DNA of 64,000 nucleotides from Botryllus schlosseri (Eukaryota): NCBI GenBank assembly GCA_051294905.1, contig CM119371.1, positions 35,712,001 to 35,776,000 of the forward strand, read 5' to 3'. Shown piece by piece: positions 44,297 to 52,305 of this stretch (position 1 is its first letter; each line of letters starts with the position of its first letter). The notes under the pieces were generated by a model. It saw only the letters and a program-made list of their open reading frames with translations, ran no database searches and was not told where the DNA came from. The position numbers and the translations under genes were made by a program.

Positions 44297-44359
44297 CTCT
44301 GTAAATAGATCTGTTGGCTTCCATCTGCTGTTTTTTCAAGTGAAGGTCTTCTTCGCTGA
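44297..44359 (-). CDS. Internal exon (63 nt, phase 1-1) of the same host gene
   Basis: Acceptor CCTTTGTTTCAG, donor GTGAGG; encodes SEEDLHLKKQQMEANRSIYR; joins in frame to the 43734 exon. Confidence 0.65.
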
Positions 44360-44506
44360 CTGAAACAAAGGTTATTCTCTCACGAAGGATGATACCACGG
44401 CTTACGGAATTAAGTGGGGAATGAATTCGTTTACACTACAAGACACTGAAAGAAGAAATGTTGGATTTCAACCAGTGTTGGGATGACTCGAGTCATGAGT
44501 CATGAG

Positions 44507-46080
44507 CAGGCCTGTTTATTTTTGGATTTCTCCAAAAATAACAAAAATAGCTTAGTTTTGGATGTTTTCAAATTTTATTTTTGGAGAATCTCCAAAAATA
44601 AGAAATGAAGGTGTTTTTAGCCCTAATACTACATAGAAAACTTCACCAAAAGTATGTTATTATCATGTATTCATGTTCTTCAACACATCGACATCATCAG
44701 TGATCTTGATCTAACTTTCTGATACTTTCGTCACAAAGTCTTTGGCCTGGAGAATGCCCTCCAAATAAAAATCAGTTGGTGACGCCCGGAAGAGACCTTT
44801 CTCCCAGTTGATTTTCGAGAAATCAGCTTCGACCGTCGCAGTTGTGGGAAACATCGAGCCATGTGGGTCCAAAGAACTGACTCTCGTCAATAATGCGCTT
44901 GAAAGTGACGTCCATTTGGTATCGGACAGACATGGATTGGAATTGGTCTTCGATATTCTTTATCTACTCAGGTGTCCACTTGTCCGACAGCCCACCCCAG
45001 TGTTTGTCGATCAATTAACTGAGCTGCAAATAAAGTAGCTTACATATATGTATCACTGTTGTTTATATTATTAGAATCTAAAAGAGCAAGATGTGTTTGT
45101 CCTGTCATGCCTACGAGGTTGCACCACTTGGTGTGGTAGACAGGGCAGAACCCTTTCATTGTCGGCAACTTCAATTTTCTTTATGCCGTCGATGAGCCCT
45201 GCTATAAGGCTCCCGGCTGCCTCGAACGTGGACTGCTTCTCTTAGTCGATATTCTCGAGAAGGTCGAGGACTGCACAGTGCACACTCTGATCCTCCACGA
45301 AATTGCGTGACTCAGTGAACTTGAGAGCCTATCACCTTCTGACCAAAGGAGCTTCCTTGCCGCGGGTGTCATTGTCCCAGTCCTCAGCTTGGCACCGAGC
45401 TCGAAGGCGTTCGACCAGGCGATGGAGCTCATCCTGATGCTCCAAGATCAGATGGCCAAATCCCTGAATCTTTGTGACGGTGGTGCTCACCTCTGTGGCC
45501 ATGCGCTCGAGGACGATTAGTTGGATCCACTACTGCAGCGTAGGGATGCACAGATCAGACTTCTATCGTTTATAACCCCGAGGAGTTTGACTCGGTGTCT
45601 AGTCAACCAAGCGGTCATCTTCTTAATTGACAAGCAACATGTGTCTACAAACTTGGGACATATACTTTTCTTTTACTTGATCAAGTCATGTTGCCGTTGG
45701 AGGTAGCCATTCAGTCCCATCATCGTGTTAGACGACGTTGTTGTTGTAGAGGTGGTGGTATTTGGCCTGCGTTACAAGGTCCCACCGGCACCACACTCGC
45801 ACGATTTCATACCATGCCGCCTCTTCAACCCTTGCCGTGTCGCCTCTGATCCTTCCAGTGAGCGTTTCGGAGACCCCCTCCCGCTCACACATGCTGTTTT
45901 TGTGTGTGTTTGTGAGTTTCCTGGTTGTTTCAACAGTATTTACACTGCTCTGACTCGTGCATTTCACTAAAAAACTTGAAAAAACATCATCCAAAAAAAA
46001 CTTATTTTTGGATGTTTTCAAATCTTATTTTTGGAGAATCTCCAAAAATAAAACCCAATATCCAAAAATAAACAGGCCTG
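44507..46080 (-). mobile_element. hAT element, 1574 bp, nested in a GACTCGAGTC-family repeat, intronic
   Basis: 21-bp TIR CAGGCCTGTTTATTTTTGGAT; exact 8-bp TSD GTCATGAG at 44499-44506 and 46081-46088; subterminal TTATTTTTGGAGAATCTCCAAAAATAA palindrome at both ends. Confidence 0.92.
44711..45850 (-). pseudogene. hAT-like transposase pseudogene with stops and frameshifts
   Basis: Ordered fragments IVRVWCRWDLVTQ, GYLQRQHDLIK*KKSICPKFVDT, *WIQLIVLERMATE, LPCLPHQVV, and MFPTTATVEADFSKINWEK...LEGILQAK (hAT C-terminal motif). Confidence 0.75.
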
Positions 46081-46379
46081 GTCATGAGTCATTTTTTTCG
46101 CAAAGTGACTCGAGTCATGACTTGACTCGGGTCACTTTGCAAAAGAATGACTTGACTTGACTCCGCGCTTCAGAAATGTGGATCGACTCGTGACACAGAG
46201 CAAAATTTACGAGTCAATTTCAAGTCATCAAGTAACGGTGTCGAATGTTCGGATTGCCGCTGGTGTGACCCGGGAGAGTGAGCAATCACTAAATGATTTT
46301 GCGTTTCACTGAGCCTCCATTGTTCTTCAACAAACATCGCAAATGACCGCAACCGAAGTGATCGGAGCTTACAGCTTAC

Positions 46380-46463
46380 GTTGCCATAAAGTAGAAGTGA
46401 AGTAATCGTATGGTAAAGTGTCCATCTCTGTTCCATAGACTGCTTGTTGTGGTGGATATCTAC
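46380..46463 (-). CDS. Internal exon (84 nt, phase 1-1) of the same host gene
   Basis: Acceptor TTGTTTAAG, donor GTAAGC; encodes RYPPQQAVYGTEMDTLPYDYFTSTLWQ; in frame with the 44359 exon. Confidence 0.55.
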
Positions 46464-46642
46464 CTTAAACAAACCTATTGTGTGATTTAAATCGAATTTT
46501 AATATAGTTTCGAAGTTCATTGCTCGTCGACCATCGGCGCAGGCTTAAATTGTATCTCACGGATGTGTAGGTTACGTGTAGGTTATGTGTATGTGTGGCT
46601 AGTGCATATTGCATCATATCGATTCGTTTCAACTGAGGTTTC

Positions 46643-46730
46643 AGTAGTATTATACACAGTCATTTGATCCCCTCCAATCAGCGTCGAGTATTTGATCACG
46701 TGACATCTGTTAGCCAATCAGAATGCAGAA
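46643..46730 (+). repeat. Probable left terminal inverted repeat / origin (true length unknown)
   Basis: AGTAGTATTATAC start at the boundary between host-like DNA and the gene-dense block; followed by two CCAATCAG motifs and a CACGTG. The partner TIR is not in the window. Confidence 0.65.
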
Positions 46731-46914
46731 CAATGTGGGTGTGGTTCCAATACGAGAGAGGTTTTGGTTGTGCGAGAGATAGCATAGTTCCAGTCCAGTT
46801 ACGCTGAGATATTCATTACGTCATTGCGTAAGTTGATTACCTATGATTGCGTATTGCACCATATTCATGATTACGTCACAAGCGTAGTTGATGCTCACTG
46901 TTATCTTCAAAACC

Positions 46915-47409
46915 ATGAAATTATTGCGAGTATCACCTGCGCTCACTGAAGAAAAGGATGAAATTATATCCACGGCATATTCCTTAGCTAGAAATTTTAT
47001 CATGTATGAAATCGACGGCTCAAGCGTTAAAGCAAATACGCAGGTGGAGAAAACCTTACGACGAGTTGTTACTGAAATATTTGAGCGATATCGAACTATC
47101 CTAAACGCAGTCTCCAAGCGCCTTCGTTATAGTGAAGTCAATGAGAAATATAAAGAACATTCACCCATTGAGCGAATGTTCCTGATGATAGCCGATGAAA
47201 TATACAAAGATAGTCAAGAAAATTGGGGTCAGATTGTGTCTCTTTATGTGCTTGGCGGCATTCTTGCTCGCAATAACGAGGCTGCGCATAACGGCAGGGA
47301 TATAGATGCTATCATACAGACACTCGGGAATTACATTGCTACTAAAAAACGAAAGTGGATAGAACAAAATGGCGGATGGAGGCATTTTGTCATGTGGTAT
47401 CACTTATAA
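46915..47409 (+). CDS. Bcl-2 family protein (viral Bcl-2-like), about 164 aa, no C-terminal membrane anchor
   Basis: BH1-like ENWGQIVSLYVLGG and BH2 WIEQNGGW; probable start ACCATG at 46915 (ORF track starts at TTG 46888). Confidence 0.88.
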   Translation: MKLLRVSPALTEEKDEIISTAYSLARNFIMYEIDGSSVKANTQVEKTLRRVVTEIFERYRTILNAVSKRLRYSEVNEKYKEHSPIERMFLMIADEIYKDSQENWGQIVSLYVLGGILARNNEAAHNGRDIDAIIQTLGNYIATKKRKWIEQNGGWRHFVMWYHL

Positions 47410-47446
47410 AAGCTCGATCGCAGTTACTATTTGTTATATTTACATC

Positions 47447-47746
47447 ATGGGCTCCGTGCGAATAAATGCTTGTAAGTTTATTGGATCCAAGGCCGTATCA
47501 TGGATAGTATATTCGAAATGTATGAAGATGGTTGGTGTGGATGTAATGGAAATATCGTATCCTTTCACTATACTAGAATGTGAAGGATGTAATTATACAG
47601 AGCTGCTAGCATGTGATCAAGACGAAAGAAAAACAATGAAGATATACGATACTGAAGTAACGAAAGAAGAACATCGAGTTGTTTTTAAGTCAACAGCAAC
47701 AGTAGAACTATCTCATAAATTTGCTAATGCTACTGCTCAAAACTAA
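47447..47746 (+). CDS. Hypothetical protein, about 99 aa, one CxxC
   Basis: Fills the space between the Bcl-2 gene and tRNA-Ala; first non-overlapping ATG at 47447; no family recognised. Confidence 0.5.
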   Translation: MGSVRINACKFIGSKAVSWIVYSKCMKMVGVDVMEISYPFTILECEGCNYTELLACDQDERKTMKIYDTEVTKEEHRVVFKSTATVELSHKFANATAQN

Positions 47747-47769
47747 CATTTAAGCCGTCGCTATCGCTT

Positions 47770-47841
47770 GGGGATTTAGCTCAGCGGTAGAGCAGCTGTC
47801 TTGCAAGCAGAAGGTCACGGGTTCAATTCCCGTACTCTCCA
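47770..47841 (+). tRNA. tRNA-Ala(TGC): tRNA-Ala(UGC)
   Basis: 72-nt cloverleaf; G3:U70 alanine identity pair; anticodon loop CTTGCAA; A and B boxes present; T6 terminator at 47845-47850; no encoded CCA tail. Confidence 0.9.
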
Positions 47842-47910
47842 CTCTTTTTTCCGTTGAAGTGCTAATGACGCAAAGGTGGCGCAATCATTTCAATTTGATT
47901 ATCACTCAGA

Positions 47911-48381
47911 ATGTGTGCTTTGAAAAGACTGTGTTTCGAGCGAGAAAAGTTTCGGAATTGTTCTGATTCTACTATCAAAGCGGGACCGATTGACGAATCG
48001 AATCTATTTAGTTGGTGGGCAACAATTGAAGGACCCCAAGGAACGCCATACGAAAAAGGAGTGTTTAAAATATTAATAGAATATCCCACAGAGTATCCGT
48101 TTCGACCTCCGAAGATGAGATTTGAAACTCATATATTTCACCCGAACATTAGTGTGAAAGGCACTATATGCGTGGATATTTTGCAGAAGCAATGGTCACC
48201 AGCGCTAACTACATCAACTGTGCTGCTATCAATATCTTCGTTACTTGGCGCACCAAATCCAAATGATCCTATGAATGCGGAAAGTGCACATCTCTATCTG
48301 GAAGATAGACAACTCTACTTTAAACGCGCTCAGCAATATACCGAACGCTATGCCAGAGTCAACTGCGATTTGTCAGCGTGA
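47911..48381 (+). CDS. Ubiquitin-conjugating enzyme E2 (UBE2D/E-like), 156 aa, intronless
   Basis: GPQGTPYEKGVF, YPFRPPK, HPN motif and active-site Cys (HPNISVKGTICVDIL), WSPALT, PNPNDPMN. Confidence 0.96.
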   Translation: MCALKRLCFEREKFRNCSDSTIKAGPIDESNLFSWWATIEGPQGTPYEKGVFKILIEYPTEYPFRPPKMRFETHIFHPNISVKGTICVDILQKQWSPALTTSTVLLSISSLLGAPNPNDPMNAESAHLYLEDRQLYFKRAQQYTERYARVNCDLSA

Positions 48382-48571
48382 TTACAATTATTAAAACTAT
48401 CATTTGCTTGTGACTTGTTTATGCCTTGTAAATATTAATTGTGGAGCCCCACCTTTGTAATAAAAAAACTCCATAATGTGTCTTTGTTGGTTATATGAAA
48501 AAATAGCGCGAGTTAGTGATTTATTGGCGAAAGATTATTGCACTGATCTGATGCAACTTGACTTGTGCGCT

Positions 48572-48643
48572 GATTCGTTGGTCTAGGGGTATGATGCTCG
48601 CTTTGGGAGCGAGAGGTCCCGGGTTCAAATCCCGGACGAATCT
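48572..48643 (+). tRNA. tRNA-Pro(TGG): tRNA-Pro(UGG)
   Basis: Body near-identical to metazoan tRNA-Pro; acceptor stem GATTCGT/ACGAATC fully paired; anticodon loop TTTGGGA; T4 at 48647-48650. Confidence 0.93.
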
Positions 48644-48696
48644 GCATTTTGCTACTATCTAATGCGCCTCAAACACACCCGAACACGAGTCAGTGA

Positions 48697-48702
48697 TTTA
48701 TT
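48697..48702 (-). terminator. Poly(A) signal AATAAA overlapping the stop of the 48698-49015 ORF
   Basis: Minus strand CAA TAA A; ends the MCP-protease block. Confidence 0.6.
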
Positions 48703-49015
48703 GAGCTATGAAACGACCATCACAAAACGCTTGAAATAGGATTATATTACCAACAACAATGGCCTTGCCCTTGAAATCAATGACCAAGCACGATTTATAA
48801 AGCACACGATAATGTTCGTCTTTACAGACAATGATATTACGCGATGGGTATGTAACACAATCTTCAATTGGTTTCACTACAATTCTATTATCATAATGGA
48901 AAAGTATACACGTGTAGGGAATGGTAATTGATCTCACGTTAGGTAATACAATCATTTCCTCGTAATTACGACACGACTCAAACTGAGTAGCAACAGAAAT
49001 TCTTGCCATGGTCAT
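48698..49015 (-). CDS. Hypothetical protein, 105 aa, beta-rich
   Basis: Start overlaps the upstream stop (ATGA); stop contains AATAAA. Confidence 0.65.
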   Translation of the reverse strand: MTMARISVATQFESCRNYEEMIVLPNVRSITIPYTCILFHYDNRIVVKPIEDCVTYPSRNIIVCKDEHYRVLYKSCLVIDFKGKAIVVGNIILFQAFCDGRFIAQ

Positions 49016-49128
49016 GCTTCACTAGCTTGTTCACGTTCTTGACAGCAACATGATACCCATTCCAGTATACAACAAATAGTAAGCAGTACGATGAACACGA
49101 CAGCTAAGATATCATCGACATCTTCCAT
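49012..49128 (-). CDS. Small single-pass membrane protein, 38 aa (not in ORF track)
   Basis: MEDVDDILAVVFIVLLTICCILEWVSCCCQEREQASEA; ATG directly follows the upstream TAA and its TGA overlaps the next ATG. Confidence 0.7.
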   Translation of the reverse strand: MEDVDDILAVVFIVLLTICCILEWVSCCCQEREQASEA

Positions 49129-49446
49129 TTATATACGCGATCTAGTCAGAGATTCCCAGATTTTTAGTCTACGAAAAACAACAAATTCTTCACTGATTTG
49201 CTGTACAATTCTATGTTTCGATAACACGTCTATGTACATACAATGATTAGGAAAGCGTACAGGCAACCAATCAGTTCCAATGAATAATGTAATATCTCGG
49301 TCATGCGGATAAATACGTATATGAAAGCTATCAGATGAAAGTCTGTGAATGCGTTCAGGATTCATTACAATGATTTTTTCTCTGATTTTCAGTCGAATCT
49401 TCTCATCTCCAAAGTACTGTATGACAGTGAAGCTATTTGCTCGCAT
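49129..49446 (-). CDS. Hypothetical protein, 105 aa
   Basis: Overlaps the protease 3' end by 14 nt and abuts the next ATG; no family recognised. Confidence 0.65.
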   Translation of the reverse strand: MRANSFTVIQYFGDEKIRLKIREKIIVMNPERIHRLSSDSFHIRIYPHDRDITLFIGTDWLPVRFPNHCMYIDVLSKHRIVQQISEEFVVFRRLKIWESLTRSRI

Positions 49447-49885
49447 TTCGTTTTAATCTTTGAACAAAGTCCCAGACTATACTATCGTTGTGTTTCTTAT
49501 CTTTTCCGAAGTGGTCTAAATAAGACAGCGTGTTCATACCATCACTGCGGCAGCTAAGGAATGAAATTGCGTGTGCTCCGCAAGCCTCTGAACGTTTGTG
49601 TTGTAATGGTTTGATCGAACTGGTATACTTTTCAGGTTCTAGGAAACAGGGTATTTCGTTTCTGAACGGAGTTATGCCGAAGCTGTCGTGAAAATGAGTT
49701 CCATATTCATCAGCGTAGATACATACCCAGTGACTTCCTGGTTCGTCGGCCTCGTCATAATTAATGATTAATGAGTAGGGAGGTTTCGGTCGCCGAGGAA
49801 GTCGATCAATAGGAAAATTTCCTAGATAATGTCGTTTGGTGGAATCGTAACTATACAATATTTCATCTATTTCTAGTCCGTTCAT
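49433..49885 (-). CDS. PRO: Adenain-like cysteine maturation protease, about 150 aa
   Basis: GSHWVC (His), HDSFG (Asp), QHKRSEACG (Gln/Cys); probable start 49885 forms ATGA with the MCP stop. Confidence 0.93.
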   Translation of the reverse strand: MNGLEIDEILYSYDSTKRHYLGNFPIDRLPRRPKPPYSLIINYDEADEPGSHWVCIYADEYGTHFHDSFGITPFRNEIPCFLEPEKYTSSIKPLQHKRSEACGAHAISFLSCRSDGMNTLSYLDHFGKDKKHNDSIVWDFVQRLKRNASK

Positions 49886-51159
49886 ATTACAGTAACGGTG
49901 CGAGCTTGGCTTATTTCCAGTATTTTTTGAAATTCCATGAAACAAAGCAGAGTTGTTTCGCTCGCGACACCATCAGCAGGAAAAGTGATGCGCAGACTAA
50001 GTGTACCACTTTTCTGCAGTTCGAAACAGTCGTCTAAATCATCAGCTCGCAAGTTATATACTAGAAGAGTATATCCATTAGCGAATTCCTTCGGGGTAAG
50101 GACTCCGATCTGTTTTTCGAGAGCTCCTATGCCTTGAACCATATTGAGATAGGCTTCAGAATAGTGATTGTTTTCAAAATCAAGTTCGTATCCACCTTCC
50201 GGTATCAGGAAACCATTGACTTTCAATTCGACACGCTTCATTTTGTTATGAATAAAGTTGTATGGATTTTTATCGAACGCACCCTGGAATGCCTTAGTCG
50301 CTACCATACCGATGATTAAACGAGTCGGTAGAGTACCCGAATACAGATTACCAATATCGATTTGAGTGGTGTCAGCTGCGAAAGTTCTTGTCAAAAGCTT
50401 CATGTCCATAAACGGATATCTAGCTGGAGCATCGACCATCATTGCGGATTTCACATCTTCGCTTACTTTCACACCACACAATTGCAGCTCTTTTTTAATA
50501 ATTTTGAAATTGCTAGTATTCAATCCAAACAGAAAGAAACTTTTCGGATTCAAAGTGAGTTCGAACTCCAAGGGTACCTCATCCAGAATGTAACGGTCTT
50601 GTAAGCATAATCCGTGATGGATTCGGCCTCTTATTTCAACAACTTTACTGGTTGCAAAAGGCAAACTTCTCGCGTTGTGACCTTTGTTAGCTGCAGCATC
50701 GCCTATAGCCTTATCATCTAATTGCTCAGGGGTATCTTTGACCCAACCCTGTGTCAAAAGCGTTGACTTTTGTACGTCTTGTGGGGCGAACAGATAGTTC
50801 AAGTAGGCTGAATACGCCTGTAGTTTTATATCCTGCTTGATCGTGTGATTTCCAACTTTAATGTGAAGTTGTGAAATCATTGAATCTAAAATGTTATTGA
50901 CAACGCCAATATCATCATTTGCAACTAAATCCGCATCGCCTTTCAGCAGTTTCAAACGAAATAAAAAATAAGATTCGCTTAGATCTATGAAATCTCCACA
51001 CCCCTCGTATCTGAAAGTGATGACGGATTCATTGTCCGAAACAGGGGGTATCTTAATGATACGTTTTTTCTCTACACTGGTCTGAGTAGGTGGTATCTGG
51101 AAAAGATCTAAGGACGGATGAATACCCTCAGCAGATTTGCTATGAATCAGCTCCGTCAT
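49882..51159 (-). CDS. MCP: Double jelly-roll major capsid protein, 425 aa
   Basis: Polinton MCP hallmarks: LDLFQIPPTQTSV, FIDLSESY, LPTRLIIGMV...AFQG...KNPYNF, EFANGYTLLVYNL. Confidence 0.93.
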   Translation of the reverse strand: MTELIHSKSAEGIHPSLDLFQIPPTQTSVEKKRIIKIPPVSDNESVITFRYEGCGDFIDLSESYFLFRLKLLKGDADLVANDDIGVVNNILDSMISQLHIKVGNHTIKQDIKLQAYSAYLNYLFAPQDVQKSTLLTQGWVKDTPEQLDDKAIGDAAANKGHNARSLPFATSKVVEIRGRIHHGLCLQDRYILDEVPLEFELTLNPKSFFLFGLNTSNFKIIKKELQLCGVKVSEDVKSAMMVDAPARYPFMDMKLLTRTFAADTTQIDIGNLYSGTLPTRLIIGMVATKAFQGAFDKNPYNFIHNKMKRVELKVNGFLIPEGGYELDFENNHYSEAYLNMVQGIGALEKQIGVLTPKEFANGYTLLVYNLRADDLDDCFELQKSGTLSLRITFPADGVASETTLLCFMEFQKILEISQARTVTVI

Positions 51160-51208
51160 GTTCCGTGGGTCTACTTGTAAATGAAAAGAGGAAGGGTTGC
51201 TAGTTGTA

Positions 51209-51214
51209 TTTAAT
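51209..51214 (-). terminator. Poly(A) signal variant ATTAAA overlapping a stop codon
   Basis: Minus strand GAT TAA A at the end of the integrase-penton block. Confidence 0.5.
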
Positions 51215-51578
51215 CAAAAATATCCCGGCGACGTTTTTTTCGTTTGATATTTTTCTTTTTAGGTGCTTTTCTCTTCCCTAGGAAATTATCAAGTGCTTGA
51301 CTAGCAGCTTGCTTTCCTCTGATTTTAAAGCTTTCTCCAATGTTTTGTCCTCCCAATACATCAGAAGCGACTTCAGCCCCAGTGTGAAGTAGTTGTCTAC
51401 CCAGAGCTTTTGCTCCTTTGGAAATCAAGGGTACCACACTACGTCCCAAACTGCGAAATAGATTACCTAGACCGTGACCTCTTTGCACTCGACCTCGAAA
51501 GTAGTTTATGTCCCCTCCGCTTTGATTTCGATAATAGTGTTGAAAAGCTTCACGATCACAACAGTAATGTGCTCTCAT
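51210..51578 (-). CDS. Conserved Polinton basic core-like protein (QRGHG motif), about 122 aa
   Basis: YYRNQSGG...QRGHGLGNLFRSLGRSVVPL, then a Lys/Arg-rich tail; probable start ATG 51578. Confidence 0.85.
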   Translation of the reverse strand: MRAHYCCDREAFQHYYRNQSGGDINYFRGRVQRGHGLGNLFRSLGRSVVPLISKGAKALGRQLLHTGAEVASDVLGGQNIGESFKIRGKQAASQALDNFLGKRKAPKKKNIKRKKRRRDIFD

Positions 51579-52305
51579 CGTGACGTAAAGCAAGTGTGAT
51601 ATGAACTACAGAACCATTCAGATTTATAGATGCACCTTTATCGTCTCTAATACTAATTCGAATTCGATTGGCATATTCCGCAATCATAGGGAAAAAGTAG
51701 ATTTTCTCAAAAATGTGATGTTGGTATTCATTGTTAGCTGCTGTGATAGGGATATTTCGCAATAGCGGTGCATTCGTATCGCCGACTGTTTGCGGTCGAA
51801 TGAGATCGGTATAGACCAATAAATTACTTATGGGTGCGATGCTATCTCTCAAGAACATTTGCGAAGTTAAATATTTTCCTTGCGGTAAATTTTGTTCTTT
51901 AAGATTTCCATATGTGTAAACCGGATTTCTGATTCTCTTTGGATTTCTTCGGAAATTCGGAAAGGCACCTGCTTCGCTAGGTGGAATGACTAGCATAGCC
52001 GTGGAGCTTGACAGCTGGTTTATCCATACCTTTGTCTGAGTACGATTGATTCTATCGATCAAGCTTTTGAAATCATAATAATCCCCATTGGGATAGAAAA
52101 AATAATTATTGCTTTGCGCTGCCAACAGAGCAGATGATTTTTCCTCTTGAAATTCCCATAACAATCCATTGAAATGGGGTAAAGTAGCTTGAAACTGATT
52201 ACGAACTGAAAATTCTGCAAGCCCCAACTCCCATTTTCCAGTGATGGGACGCGCCAAGTCAAGTACAAAATCCGATTTCGAACTGCTAATGTGAATGTAT
52301 TTCAT
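51556..52305 (-). CDS. mCP: Minor capsid protein (penton) copy 2, 249 aa
   Basis: GKWELGLAEFS at the N-terminus; LLVYTDLIRPQTVGDTNAPLLR...YFFP...IRISIRDDKG at the C-terminus. Confidence 0.88.
   Translation of the reverse strand: MKYIHISSSKSDFVLDLARPITGKWELGLAEFSVRNQFQATLPHFNGLLWEFQEEKSSALLAAQSNNYFFYPNGDYYDFKSLIDRINRTQTKVWINQLSSSTAMLVIPPSEAGAFPNFRRNPKRIRNPVYTYGNLKEQNLPQGKYLTSQMFLRDSIAPISNLLVYTDLIRPQTVGDTNAPLLRNIPITAANNEYQHHIFEKIYFFPMIAEYANRIRISIRDDKGASINLNGSVVHITLALRHDESTLLL

Noticed and set aside
46170-46520. 116-aa minus-strand ORF as a stand-alone gene
   Set aside because: No motif; a different frame within it forms a splice-bounded exon that joins the TPR-like gene.
49886-49945. N-terminal extension of the protease given in the ORF track
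   Set aside because: It overlaps the MCP 3' end; the ATG at 49885 forms the ATGA junction seen elsewhere and gives a normal-sized adenain.
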